Source: an uncultured Ignavibacteriales bacterium
Lineage (GTDB): Bacteria; Zixibacteria; MSB-5A5; GN15; FEB-12
Direction: 5' to 3'
Assembly: GCA_964520865.1 (NCBI GenBank)
Contig: CAZFOY010000008.1
Location: 3,155-67,154, forward strand
DNA: 64,000 bases
Below, in pieces: positions 9,833 through 19,575 of the stretch (position 1 is its first letter; each line of letters begins with the position of its first letter). Below the pieces are notes generated by a model. The model was not told the DNA's origin. It was given only the letters and a program-made list of their open reading frames with translations, and did no database searches. The position numbers and the translations under genes are program-made.

Positions 9833-11023
9833 TTACACGATTTCAATCGCCATCGCGACGGCGTTGCCGCCGCCAAGACAGAGGGTCGCCAGACCGTTCT
9901 TTTTGCCACGGTCCTTCAAGGCATAAATGAGAGTCGTGAGGATACGCGTTCCCGAAGCGCCGATCGGGTGTCCGAGGGCGACCGCGCCGCCGTGCACATT
10001 GACACGGTCCCAGTCCCACTTGAGACCCTGACCATCCGCCAACGCTTGCGCTGCGAACGCTTCGTTCGCTTCGATGAGATCCCAGTGACTGATATCGACA
10101 TTCATCTTCTTCATCAGTTTCTCAACCGCGTAAATGGGCGAGAAAAAGAGATCTTCCGGAGGCGTGCCGGCGACCGCGTAGTCGATCACCTTCGCCAGCG
10201 GCTTCAAACCTTTCTTGTTCATATATTCGCCGGAGACAACAACTGTCGCCGAACTACCGTCGTTGAGACCGGGTGCGTTACCGGCCGTGACAGTACCATC
10301 TTTTTCGAAAGCCGGTTTCAGTTTTGCCAGAGCTTCCATCGAGATGCTGGCCCGCGGACCTTCGTCCTTATTGAAAATTACCGGGTCCCCTTTTCTCTGG
10401 GGGATTTCGACCGGGAAGATCTCGTTGTCAAACTTACCCGCAGCCTGGGCGGCAAGAGCCTTCTTGTGGGAGTTAAGCGCAAACTCATCCTGCATTTCGC
10501 GGGTGATGTTGGCTTTCTTCCGGGTGAGTTCAGCGGCACTGCCCATGTGGAAGTTGTTGAAACTGTCCCAGAGGCCATCTGTGATCATGATATCCCACAT
10601 CTTCTGATGGCCGAATTTGACGCCGGTCTTTGCCCCGAACAGCACCAGCGGTGTATTAGACATCGATTCCATACCGCCGGCGACGACTACGTCCTGGTCC
10701 CCGGCCCTGATCGACTGGGCGGCCAGCATAACCGCTTTGAGCCCGGAACCGCAGACTTTGTTGATCGTCAAAGCAGCAGCTTCCGGCGGGATTCCGCCAT
10801 GGATGGCGGCCTGACGAGCCGGGGCCTGTCCGGCTCCCCCCTGGACGACCTGGCCCATAATGACCTCTTCCACATCCTTGACGTCGATTCCGGACCGCTT
10901 GACTGCTTCCTTGATTGCGAGGGCGCCCAATTTTGGGGCGGTCAGGGTACCTAAGCCGCCGTGCAGCAGACCGATAGCGCTGCGGCAGGCAGAGACGATA
11001 TATGCATCTTTTCTTTCAGCCAT
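9833..11023 (-). CDS. acetyl-CoA C-acetyltransferase (thiolase II)
   Basis: NKVCGSGLKA active-site Cys, NVHGGAVALGHPIGASG and CLGGGNAVA. Start set at the Met preceded by GGAGG; the ORF is open to 11092. Confidence 0.92.
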   Translation of the reverse strand: MAERKDAYIVSACRSAIGLLHGGLGTLTAPKLGALAIKEAVKRSGIDVKDVEEVIMGQVVQGGAGQAPARQAAIHGGIPPEAAALTINKVCGSGLKAVMLAAQSIRAGDQDVVVAGGMESMSNTPLVLFGAKTGVKFGHQKMWDIMITDGLWDSFNNFHMGSAAELTRKKANITREMQDEFALNSHKKALAAQAAGKFDNEIFPVEIPQRKGDPVIFNKDEGPRASISMEALAKLKPAFEKDGTVTAGNAPGLNDGSSATVVVSGEYMNKKGLKPLAKVIDYAVAGTPPEDLFFSPIYAVEKLMKKMNVDISHWDLIEANEAFAAQALADGQGLKWDWDRVNVHGGAVALGHPIGASGTRILTTLIYALKDRGKKNGLATLCLGGGNAVAMAIEIV

Positions 11024-11068
11024 GAATATATACCTCCAAAATGATTCAATTAGGCGTAATAGTCCTGT

Positions 11069-11111
11069 TATATAACCAATGATCCGGGCCAACGCAAGTG
11101 AATCTATTCAC
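11069..11111 (-). promoter_or_regulatory. sigma-70-like promoter abutted by a perfect palindrome (candidate operator) for the thiolase-hbd-acd operon
   Basis: Minus strand reads GTGAATAGATTCAC (6+2+6 palindrome, 11098-11111) immediately followed by TTGCGT, 17 nt, TATATA. Confidence 0.4.
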
Positions 11112-11253
11112 AAATCTTGACACCTTACCGGTTTAGGACGATTCGGCGAACCGCTCCGGAAGGCTGCCTTTCTCAAATCACCACTAAATTGTGAGGACGA
11201 AACTGACGATTAAATGGAGTAAGGCTTGGCCTTCAATCAAAGGAGCTACAGAG

Positions 11254-11814
11254 ATGAAGAAAATCCTGTTACTGACAGCGGTTGTCGTTCTTATCGGTGC
11301 CAGCGTATTCGCGCAGGTCCCGTCGAAACCGTTCAGTCTCTATGTTGGCGGAGGAATGAACCTCCCCACCTCGCCGGACAATACCTTCAAGTCCGCGTAC
11401 AAAACCGGTTACCACGGTATGGTGGGAATCGGACTCGGCAGCATGCCGATGATGCAGTTCGTCGGAAAAGCCGAACTTTACTCGTTCCCGTCCGACGTAT
11501 CCGGACTGGGTGATTTCAGCTCTCTGATGTTCGGTGCCGACGTAAGATTCTCGATGGGTGTGCCGGCCGCTCCGGCCAGACCGTTTGTCTTCGGTGGCGG
11601 CGGACTCGCCCATGTTAAGATCGGCGAATCGAACGCCGGCGGCTTCACCATCCCCTCAGCTTCCGACAACAACTTCTACTACAACGTCGGTGCCGGTCTG
11701 GAATTCAATGCCAGCCCGAGCATGAAGCTGTTCGTCCAGACCAAGTATGTGGGCGTTCATTCGGGTGGCGACAATCTGTCGTTTATTCCGATCACGGTCG
11801 GACTGAAGTTCTAA
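11254..11814 (+). CDS. small outer-membrane beta-barrel protein (porin-family/OmpW-like)
   Basis: AGGAG box, signal peptide MKKILLLTAVVVLIGASVFAQ, alternating beta pattern, C-terminal VGLKF. Confidence 0.75.
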   Translation: MKKILLLTAVVVLIGASVFAQVPSKPFSLYVGGGMNLPTSPDNTFKSAYKTGYHGMVGIGLGSMPMMQFVGKAELYSFPSDVSGLGDFSSLMFGADVRFSMGVPAAPARPFVFGGGGLAHVKIGESNAGGFTIPSASDNNFYYNVGAGLEFNASPSMKLFVQTKYVGVHSGGDNLSFIPITVGLKF

Positions 11815-11834
11815 ATTTCGTTCTATGCGACACG

Positions 11835-11862
11835 AAAAAACCGGAGCCTGGCTCCGGTTTTC
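11835..11862. terminator. bidirectional intrinsic terminator between convergent genes
   Basis: aaaaaa-CCGGAGC-ctg-GCTCCGG-ttttc; A-run and T-run flank a 7-bp GC stem. Confidence 0.8.
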
Positions 11863-11894
11863 TTGTGATCTCAGTTCGTCTGAGGAATCTTAGA

Positions 11895-12392
11895 TTATTC
11901 GATTTCCAGTTCGATTATCGGGCTGTCGGTGTCGACCTGATCTCCCGCGGCGAAATTAACCACTTTGACTTTCCCCTTCGCCTGGGACACGACTTGATTC
12001 TCCATCTTCATCGCTTCGACAATCACCATCGCCTGCTTTTCTTCGACCTCGTCGCCGACCGCCACCATGATCTTGACGATCTTCCCCGGCATCGGTGCGA
12101 ATATCTTGTCCTTCTCTCCCCCATGGGCGCCCGCCGCGCCACCGGAGAAACCGTCTTCTGAAGGTTCTTTCAGCTCGAACAGGGCTGAATCGATATCGAC
12201 GAAAACCGAGCCTTTGTGCTTCACCGCAGCAGCATAATGAGTCCCGCCTTTGGTGGAGATCTTGAAGAGATTCTCTCCCGCGGGCTCAAGCGAGAATTCC
12301 TGACCGTCACAGGAGAACACTAACCGCTCACCCTTCTTCTCCAGCTCGACCGCCTTCAGCTCGCCATTCAACGTAAACTCGAAACTATTCAT
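11895..12392 (-). CDS. acyl-CoA carboxylase alpha subunit, C-terminal part (BT-like region + biotinyl domain, BCCP)
   Basis: Biotinylation motif EAMKMEN near the C-terminus. The ATG (preceded by GGAG) overlaps the stop of the upstream biotin carboxylase ORF (cATGAAtag). Confidence 0.85.
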   Translation of the reverse strand: MNSFEFTLNGELKAVELEKKGERLVFSCDGQEFSLEPAGENLFKISTKGGTHYAAAVKHKGSVFVDIDSALFELKEPSEDGFSGGAAGAHGGEKDKIFAPMPGKIVKIMVAVGDEVEEKQAMVIVEAMKMENQVVSQAKGKVKVVNFAAGDQVDTDSPIIELEIE

Positions 12393-13920
12393 GAATGGCA
12401 TCTCCTATTTGCATGCTTCCCAGTGTTTGCCAGGGGGTGGGGCGGGAAACCCGGCCTCCTGCACCGGCGGCTTGAGATGTTCCCGAGCCTGACTGCGAAG
12501 CAGCGGCCGCGGCGGCCAGGGCCATACCCTGGAACTCCGTGTGCGTAACATCGCGTCCACCCATATGACGTTCAATAAAATTAGTGTAGGTCCGGCCGGC
12601 CGCGAATTCCGGGTGATCCAGGACATCGATCATAAATCGCTTCGACGTCTTAACGCCGAGTATTTTGTATTGATTCAAGGCATCAATCATCTTGCGGATA
12701 GCCAGATTGCGGTCCGGCGCGTGGACGATGAGCTTCGCCATGATCGGATCGTAGTTGATCGTCACTTCTCCCCCACGCCTGATACCGGAGTCGATCCTGA
12801 TGCCGGGTCCCGAAGGCTCTGAATAGTGAACCACCGTCCCGGTTGAGGGCATGAAGTTGTTTTCACCGTCTTCAGCATAGATCCTGCACTCGATGGCGTG
12901 TCCGCGCTGACTCAGGCGACGAAACTGGTCACTCAGCGGCAGGTCTGCGGCAATGCGGATTTGCTCGACCACCAGGTCGGTGCCGGTTACCATTTCGGTG
13001 ATCGGATGCTCAACCTGGATCCTGGTGTTCATCTCGAGAAAGTAGTAGTGTTTCGATTCGTCGAGGAGGAATTCAACCGTACCGGCGTTGGTGTACCCGG
13101 CGGTTTGTGCGACCTTCACCGCATCGGCGCCCATCTTTTGCCGCAGGGAATCGTCGAGGGCCACCGAGGGAGTCTCTTCAATAATCTTCTGGTGGCGTCG
13201 TTGTATCGAGCATTCCCGTTCGAACACATGGACAGTAGTACCGTGGTGATCGGCGAGGACCTGAAATTCGATATGGCGAGGATTGACGATGTATTTCTCC
13301 AGATAGACGGTATCGTCATCGAACGCGTTCTTGGCCTCGCGCCGGGCTGCGTCGATTGCCTCGACCAGTTGGTTGTCGTCGTGGACAACCCGCATCCCTT
13401 TACCGCCCCCGCCTGCGGCCGCTTTTATCATAACCGGATAACCAACCTTGGCTGCCATCTCCTGATACAATTTGACGTCGGTCTCAGCCCCCTTCATCCC
13501 GGGGATAAGCGGTACGCCCGCATCGGCCATCTTCACGCGGGATTCCACTTTGTTGCCGAGCAGTCGAATCGCATTCGGTGTCGGTCCGATGAACGTAATG
13601 CCCGCGGCGCCGCATGCTTCCGCAAAGCGCGGATTCTCGGCAAGAAATCCGTAGCCCGGGTGAATAGCATCGGCGCCCACTTCTTTGGCCGCCGCTACGA
13701 TTCGGTCAATCGCCAGGTAGGATTCTCTCGGTGCGGACGGACCGATATGAACCGATTCATCGGCCAGCAGGCGGTGCTTGCTCCCGGCGTCGGCGTCGGA
13801 ATAGACTGCTACTGACGGAATGCCGAGCGTCTTGCATGCGTTGATCACTCTTACCGCAATTTCCGAACGGTTGGCGATCAGTATCTTGTCGAATAGTTGT
13901 TTCTTTTCAGTGTTCATCAT
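12385..13920 (-). CDS. acyl-CoA carboxylase alpha subunit, biotin carboxylase part
   Basis: ILIANRSEIAVRV, GYGFLAEN, KAAAGGGGKGMR and EMNTRIQVEHP. 511 aa that stop where fused MCC/GCC alpha subunits continue. Confidence 0.92.
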   Translation of the reverse strand: MMNTEKKQLFDKILIANRSEIAVRVINACKTLGIPSVAVYSDADAGSKHRLLADESVHIGPSAPRESYLAIDRIVAAAKEVGADAIHPGYGFLAENPRFAEACGAAGITFIGPTPNAIRLLGNKVESRVKMADAGVPLIPGMKGAETDVKLYQEMAAKVGYPVMIKAAAGGGGKGMRVVHDDNQLVEAIDAARREAKNAFDDDTVYLEKYIVNPRHIEFQVLADHHGTTVHVFERECSIQRRHQKIIEETPSVALDDSLRQKMGADAVKVAQTAGYTNAGTVEFLLDESKHYYFLEMNTRIQVEHPITEMVTGTDLVVEQIRIAADLPLSDQFRRLSQRGHAIECRIYAEDGENNFMPSTGTVVHYSEPSGPGIRIDSGIRRGGEVTINYDPIMAKLIVHAPDRNLAIRKMIDALNQYKILGVKTSKRFMIDVLDHPEFAAGRTYTNFIERHMGGRDVTHTEFQGMALAAAAAASQSGSGTSQAAGAGGRVSRPTPWQTLGSMQIGDAIHE

Positions 13921-13936
13921 CGTTGTTCCACGGGCT

Positions 13937-14719
13937 CTACTTCACCCATTTCGGCGGTCGTTTGTTGAGAAAGGCGTCCATCCCCTCCTGCCCTTCGTCC
14001 GATACACGGAGGCGTGCAATCATCTCAGCCGTATACGGCTTGAACTGATCAGGTGTCATCGAAGGCACCTCGCTGACCAGCTTCTTGGCCATCGCCACGG
14101 CTTCCGGACCGGATGAAAGCACCGACTCTACGAGCGTATCGACCTCGTCATGGAGTTGCTCGTCATCGACAACCTTGTTGACCAGCCCAACCTGGAAAGC
14201 GCGCTCGGCTTTCATCCGTTCTCCGGTGATAAACAGCTCGCGTGCTTTGCCTTCTCCCATCTTCTTGATTACATAGGGACCGATGCAGGCGGGTACAACG
14301 CCGATTTTCACCTCAGAGAACGAGAACTTGGCCGATCGGGCGGCGATAGCTATGTCACATACGGCGACGAATCCTGTTCCTCCACCGATCGCGGCCCCGT
14401 TGATCTTCCCGATAATCGGACGCTTGAATGTGTATATCTTATAGAAGAGGTCGGCGAGTTCGTTTGATTCGGCCAGGTTCTGCTCGAATGACTGCGTGAC
14501 GACCGACCGCATCCAGTTCAGATCCGCTCCGGCGCAAAACGACTTCCCTTTCCCGCTCAGGACCACCAATCGAAGGTCCTCGTCTTTCTCCAACTGGCTG
14601 AAGAGATCAAGCATTTCGCGAATGACGGTCGAGTTGAAGGCGTTGTGAATCTCGGGACGATTGAAGTCGGCATAGCCGACCGATTCCCGTTTCTGATATT
14701 GTATGGTCTCGTATTTCAT
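13937..14719 (-). CDS. enoyl-CoA hydratase (methylglutaconyl-CoA hydratase-like, LiuC/AtuE-type)
   Basis: Crotonase fold with FCAGADL...GAAIGGG...FSFSEVKIGV. Confidence 0.88.
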   Translation of the reverse strand: MKYETIQYQKRESVGYADFNRPEIHNAFNSTVIREMLDLFSQLEKDEDLRLVVLSGKGKSFCAGADLNWMRSVVTQSFEQNLAESNELADLFYKIYTFKRPIIGKINGAAIGGGTGFVAVCDIAIAARSAKFSFSEVKIGVVPACIGPYVIKKMGEGKARELFITGERMKAERAFQVGLVNKVVDDEQLHDEVDTLVESVLSSGPEAVAMAKKLVSEVPSMTPDQFKPYTAEMIARLRVSDEGQEGMDAFLNKRPPKWVK

Positions 14720-14734
14720 GAATTATCCGCCCGG

Positions 14735-16345
14735 TTACATTCGGAATACGCCGTACTTTTGTTCGGGAATCGGGCTGTTCAACGACATCGAGATCCCAAG
14801 CGCAAGCATCTGACGGGTTTCAGTCATCCCGATCATGCCGTCGTCCCACAAACGGGCGCCGGAGTAATACGGCGTCGATTCGCTTTCGTATTTGTCGATA
14901 ATCGGTTGTCTGATAGAACTAATCTGTTCCTCCGACAACTTCTTGCCGCCTTCTTTCTCGAGTTGCTCGATTTTGACCTGAGCGAGCACGTCGGCCGCCT
15001 GTTCTCCACCCATGACACAGATCTTCGCATTCGGCCACATCCACATAAGACGCGGGAAATACCCTCGTCCACACATGGCATAATTGCCCGCGCCATAGGA
15101 TCCTCCCACCACGACCGTGAATTTCGGAACGTCGGCATTTGCCACCGCATGCACCATCTTGGCACCATCACGGGCGATACCACCTGCTTCGTATTTCCGG
15201 CCCACAATGAAGCCTGAGATATTCTGCAGGAAGACAAGCGGGATGCGACGCTGTGTACACAGCTCGATAAAATGGGCACCCTTCTGTGCCGACTCGGCGA
15301 ACAGGACGCCGTTGTTCCCGACGATTCCTACCGGATACCCCATAATTCGGGCAAAGCCGGTCACCAGCGTCGCGCCATAGAGTTCTTTGAATTCGTGAAA
15401 ACGGGAGCCGTCGACGATCCTTGCAATTACTTCGCGGACATCGAACGCCTTGCGGATATCGTTAGACACGACTCCGTAGAGTTCTTCCGGATCATAGTAG
15501 GGATCCTCTGGGGTTTCGCAGTCGAGTTCGAATCGAGGCGATCGATTCAGGTTCTGGACGATGTTTCTGCAGATCTGTATGGCATGCTCATCATTGAGGG
15601 CGTAGTGATCTGACACGCCCGAGGTCCGACAGTGGACGTCGGCACCACCCAGTTCCTCGGCCGTGACAACTTCGCCGGTCGCCGCCTTGACAAGCGGCGG
15701 GCCGCCGATAAAGATCGTTCCCTGGTTCTTTACGATTATCGTTTCATCCGACATAGCCGGGAGATATGCCCCCCCTGCCGTACACGAACCGAGCACGGCG
15801 GATATCTGCGGGATCCCCTTTGCCGACATTCTCGCCTGATTATAAAATATCCTGCCGAAATGATCTTTATCCGGGAAGGTACCGGACTGAAGCGGAAGGA
15901 AGATACCTCCGGAGTCGACCAGATAGACGCAAGGAAGGTTGTTCGTCTCGGCGACCTCCTGTGCCCGGGCATGCTTCAGAATAGTCATCGGGAAGTACGT
16001 TCCGCCCTTAACGGTGGCATCGTTTACCACCACCATGACCTCGCGTCCATGCACGACGCCGATACCGGTGATAATACCTGCCGAAGGCGCCTGGCCCTCG
16101 TACATATCGTACGCGGCCAGCGGACTCAGTTCCACGAAGGGAGTATTACGATCGAGTAGTTTCGCGAGGCGGTCGCGCGGGAGCAGCTTGCCCCGATCGG
16201 TATGGCGCTTACGGGCCCGTTCCGATCCCCCCTGCTTGATTTTCTCCAACCGTTCCTTGAATTCGAGATGCTGAGCCCTATTTCTTTCGGAATTCTCTTT
16301 GAAGACAGGATTCTTCGGGTCGATCTTTGATTCGATGCGATACAT
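14735..16345 (-). CDS. acyl-CoA carboxylase carboxyltransferase beta subunit (methylcrotonyl-/geranyl-CoA carboxylase type)
   Basis: 536 aa with GGTYFPMT...DSGGIFLP...[13 protein letters not shown]...[13 protein letters not shown]. Confidence 0.92.
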   Translation of the reverse strand: MYRIESKIDPKNPVFKENSERNRAQHLEFKERLEKIKQGGSERARKRHTDRGKLLPRDRLAKLLDRNTPFVELSPLAAYDMYEGQAPSAGIITGIGVVHGREVMVVVNDATVKGGTYFPMTILKHARAQEVAETNNLPCVYLVDSGGIFLPLQSGTFPDKDHFGRIFYNQARMSAKGIPQISAVLGSCTAGGAYLPAMSDETIIVKNQGTIFIGGPPLVKAATGEVVTAEELGGADVHCRTSGVSDHYALNDEHAIQICRNIVQNLNRSPRFELDCETPEDPYYDPEELYGVVSNDIRKAFDVREVIARIVDGSRFHEFKELYGATLVTGFARIMGYPVGIVGNNGVLFAESAQKGAHFIELCTQRRIPLVFLQNISGFIVGRKYEAGGIARDGAKMVHAVANADVPKFTVVVGGSYGAGNYAMCGRGYFPRLMWMWPNAKICVMGGEQAADVLAQVKIEQLEKEGGKKLSEEQISSIRQPIIDKYESESTPYYSGARLWDDGMIGMTETRQMLALGISMSLNSPIPEQKYGVFRM

Positions 16346-16347
16346 AA

Positions 16348-18153
16348 CTATCTCTTCGTCGGTTTAGCTTTCAGAAGTGATGACGGCACCTTCACTTTCA
16401 TCTGAAGAAGGGCCTGAGCCAGAGTTTTCCCCTGCGGATCTATCATCAGCGATTCGGTGCCGCCGCCGCCAAGGGTTTCTTCGAGAAGAAAATTGAGGGC
16501 GTGTAAATTGTCCAGTTCGTAGCGGATGACTTTTCCCCGGGTGATGCCGGAGAAAAACTTCTTTACTTTGTCGGTCGTCAGATTCTCGACCAGCCAGTCA
16601 TAAATCTCCGGCGATCGGGCGAGCACTCCGATATTACACGTATCCCCTTTGTCGCCGGATCGGGCATAACAGAGTTCCTGTAAGCGGACCTCGTGTGCTC
16701 TACCGGTAGGCTTCTTCACGGAACGTTTGGGTTTGGACTCGGCCTTATCCACTTTTCTGGCTGCCTGTACTCGCAAGGGAAATGTGATCTCGAAGAATTC
16801 CTCGTCGCCTGACGTATCAACTGCGAGAACTTTTGCTTTCACCCGACTCCGATGCATGAGCGCCGGCCAATACGCTACGACCAGCGATGGCTTCGGACGG
16901 CCGCCCGTCGTAACCGCCATCCCCGCCGGTCCCGAAAGAATGAGAGTCGACAGCGCTTTGCCAAAGTCCTTAATCTTACTGAGGTCTCGATCGCGCACCG
17001 AGAAGCGGAGCAGGATTTCGTTGGTCTCACACGCTGTCAGTTGCGCGGGCCAAATCGATCCCGATCCGATCATATCGGTTCGCGTAGCCTGAAACTTGTG
17101 CTGCAGCTTTTTCCAGAATATATCCGCGATAACTTTCGCTTTCTCATTGACACCCGGACCCGATACCAGTACTGCGCCGTTCGACTTCCATCCATCCTCG
17201 TATGACATCGACACTTTCAAATTGTCCGGCTCGGGTTTCCCTTTGATACCGAATACGCGGACCCGGTCCTTTCCATCGGCCTTCAATTGGATGGAATCGA
17301 ATCTGGCGATACCGTCCGGACTGATATAGTTCGACGGATCTCCCATTTCGTAAACGAGCTGCTCTTTCACCGTCTTCTCCGACACAAGACCGCCGGTCCC
17401 TTTGTGTTTGGTGACGGTGAAATCGCCGGAGTTCTCCATCTCAACGATCGGGTATCCGATATTGTGGTAACTCGCCACCTCGTCCCAGTCGGTGATATTT
17501 CCTCCCGAGGACTGCGCACCACACTCGATGATATGCCCGGCCACGATCCCCGCCGCCATCTTATCCCAGTCGTCCATGGCCCAGCCGAATTCATAAATCA
17601 TCGGGGCAAGGGTAATGCCGGTGTCGGTCACGCGTCCGGTGACGACAATGTTGCACCCTGCTTCGAGCGCTTTGACTACCGGCTCGGCGCCAAGATAAAT
17701 GTTCGCGGAGGAGATCCGCGAGCGAACGTCGAAGAAGCTCTCCCCAGTTTCCATGTTGGTGAATCGCTCTCCGGCTGCGGTCAGTTCGTACAGATGATTG
17801 ACGATATCATCGCCGTAGACGATCCCGACCTTGACGTGAAGCCCCTTCTTCTTGGCCATCTCGATTATCCTGCGCCCCATCCCGATTGGGTTGATCCCTC
17901 CGGCGTTGGAGACAACCTTGACCTTCTTCTTCACGATAGTCGGGAGACACTCATCGAGCTGTTCGAGGAAATCGACGGCATAGCCGAGTTCCGGGTTCTT
18001 CTGACGCTGGCGTTGGAGAATCGACATGGTGATTTCCGCAAGGAAGTCCATGGTGATATAGTCGAGGGGGCCGCCGGTAAGTTGGCGCTTAAGGGCCGTG
18101 AGATCGTCCCCCCAGTAGCCGCCAGCGTTTCCGATTCGGATCTTTTTTTTCAA
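16348..18153 (-). CDS. atuA: AtuA-family protein (DUF1446 with C-terminal extension)
   Basis: [13 protein letters not shown]...VVTGRVTDT...[13 protein letters not shown]. Apparent TTG start. The stop is 2 nt from the carboxyltransferase start. Confidence 0.85.
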   Translation of the reverse strand: MKKKIRIGNAGGYWGDDLTALKRQLTGGPLDYITMDFLAEITMSILQRQRQKNPELGYAVDFLEQLDECLPTIVKKKVKVVSNAGGINPIGMGRRIIEMAKKKGLHVKVGIVYGDDIVNHLYELTAAGERFTNMETGESFFDVRSRISSANIYLGAEPVVKALEAGCNIVVTGRVTDTGITLAPMIYEFGWAMDDWDKMAAGIVAGHIIECGAQSSGGNITDWDEVASYHNIGYPIVEMENSGDFTVTKHKGTGGLVSEKTVKEQLVYEMGDPSNYISPDGIARFDSIQLKADGKDRVRVFGIKGKPEPDNLKVSMSYEDGWKSNGAVLVSGPGVNEKAKVIADIFWKKLQHKFQATRTDMIGSGSIWPAQLTACETNEILLRFSVRDRDLSKIKDFGKALSTLILSGPAGMAVTTGGRPKPSLVVAYWPALMHRSRVKAKVLAVDTSGDEEFFEITFPLRVQAARKVDKAESKPKRSVKKPTGRAHEVRLQELCYARSGDKGDTCNIGVLARSPEIYDWLVENLTTDKVKKFFSGITRGKVIRYELDNLHALNFLLEETLGGGGTESLMIDPQGKTLAQALLQMKVKVPSSLLKAKPTKR

Positions 18154-18220
18154 CCGATTGATTCCTTTAACCTGTTGCGATACAATAGATACCCGGACGT
18201 GTCACGGTCAGCAAAAAGCT

Positions 18221-18249
18221 AATATAAGCTAAATCGGGCCGTTTGTAAA
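18221..18249 (-). promoter_or_regulatory. sigma-70-like promoter for the atuA-carboxylase operon
   Basis: Minus strand reads TTTACA, 17 nt, TATATT, about 70 nt upstream of the atuA start. Confidence 0.4.
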
Positions 18250-18335
18250 GCTCTTGTCGCATCACCGAACGGAAGGTGGGCCGTCGACTCTCTTCACCGG
18301 GCGATCAAGAGACCGTTGCGTAATCTGGTTCAACG

Positions 18336-18364
18336 TTGACTCTTGTTATGGACGATGCTATACT
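18336..18364 (+). promoter_or_regulatory. near-consensus sigma-70 promoter for the small-membrane-protein pair
   Basis: TTGACT, 17 nt, TATACT, then AGAGG and the ATG at 18382. Confidence 0.55.
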
Positions 18365-18381
18365 GGATCAAGAGGTAGATT

Positions 18382-18687
18382 ATGCTAATATTCGGTCCGG
18401 ATTTCTGGTTCGGTCAAGGCTTCGTCCTATCCGTTCTTGTTGGAGTCATACTCGGAATGTTGCTGGGAGTGAAGTACGGTTATCCGAAGAGCTGGGTGGG
18501 ATACGCTGTCGTGCTTATGTTCAACATGCTCTCTCCAATGATCGGTGTAGATACCTGGATTATCGGAATGAAGCCAATGGGCCTGTACATCGTGCTGAAC
18601 TACACCCTCTTTGGCCTGTTCGCCACGCTCAACCTGGCATTTCTCTGGCGCTTGTCCAGCTCCAAAAAGCGCGTTGCGGAAGCCTGA
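18382..18687 (+). CDS. small hydrophobic membrane protein (about 3 TM), paralogue 1
   Basis: 101 aa. Shares a spaced pattern with the next ORF: LLG..(Y/F).(Y/F)PK.W.G......N(M/I)..P.IG....I.......NY.L.GL....N.AF.WR. Confidence 0.6.
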   Translation: MLIFGPDFWFGQGFVLSVLVGVILGMLLGVKYGYPKSWVGYAVVLMFNMLSPMIGVDTWIIGMKPMGLYIVLNYTLFGLFATLNLAFLWRLSSSKKRVAEA

Positions 18688-18726
18688 AATCTCTCACGCG
18701 CAGTCAGGTATCAAATCGCTTAACGT

Positions 18727-19020
18727 ATGGCTTTAGCAATTGCTCAAGGCGTCGGTGCATCGATCATAATCGGGTTGCTGCTCGGCACCCTGATTGGCAC
18801 TCGCTTTCGCTTTCCAAAAGAGTGGACCGGGTTCATGGTGACGGTTGCTCTCAACATTATGGCGCCGTTCATCGGTCAGGGGGTTATTCTTGTCGGCATC
18901 ACACAATGGAATATCACCATCGTGTTCAACTATCTTCTGCTAGGGTTGATTACGCCGATTAATATCGCGTTCGTTTGGAGATTCGTGCAGAATCGTAAGT
19001 CAGGAGGCCCGTCATCTTGA
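18727..19020 (+). CDS. small hydrophobic membrane protein (about 3 TM), paralogue 2
   Basis: 97 aa, co-linear similarity to 18382-18687, 39-nt spacer. Confidence 0.6.
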   Translation: MALAIAQGVGASIIIGLLLGTLIGTRFRFPKEWTGFMVTVALNIMAPFIGQGVILVGITQWNITIVFNYLLLGLITPINIAFVWRFVQNRKSGGPSS

Positions 19021-19051
19021 CGTTCAACAAAAACCCACAAGGGGATTGAGA

Positions 19052-19303
19052 CTACAGAGTCAACACACTCCAATAAATCACATTCGCGAGCATCCCGGCC
19101 AGAAATATGAGGACGCCTGTTGCGTGCAGATTGAACCCCGGACCGGAGAACCAGGCTTTCTGTCGCCTGATCGAGAACGGTGAGATCGGATTGGTATCGA
19201 ACAAGGCAGGCGCTGAAGGAAGTATGTATTTGGTCCGTGCGTAGAGAATCAACACGGCGCCTGCGAACCAACAAAGCAATGAAATGGCGAGCAGCAGTTT
19301 CAT
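19052..19303 (-). CDS. hypothetical small membrane protein
   Basis: 83 aa with two hydrophobic segments. No family recognised. Confidence 0.4.
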   Translation of the reverse strand: MKLLLAISLLCWFAGAVLILYARTKYILPSAPALFDTNPISPFSIRRQKAWFSGPGFNLHATGVLIFLAGMLANVIYWSVLTL

Positions 19304-19522
19304 TACACAAATCCCCTATCTTGACATTGCCTGAGAGCAGTTAGCCAATCTTACTCGTGCATTGCTCTGTAATTCAAGAAATACATCCGCGCCCTGTATT
19401 GTCAAGACAAAACCGGTACACTGCGTCGAAGATGTCGGGGTTCTCCGTCGGACGCCTGTACGGCGGGGCACCCCGCGCTCTTTCGTCGTTGGATGAGCCA
19501 GCTCGTGTGTAATCTATCTTCA

Positions 19523-19575
19523 GTAGCCCACCTCAGTGAGAATTGGCGATAGCCGATTCGAATGCCAGGTGGGTG
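19523..19575 (+). repeat. GTAG-headed palindrome with long loop
   Basis: GTAG-CCCACCT-(34 nt)-AGGTGGG-tg. Confidence 0.5.

Noticed and set aside
12385-12401. The carboxylase alpha-subunit junction, considered as a frameshift pseudogene.
   Set aside because: The SD box plus the exact start/stop overlap favours a genuine two-ORF arrangement. It is kept as a finding because only read data can settle it.
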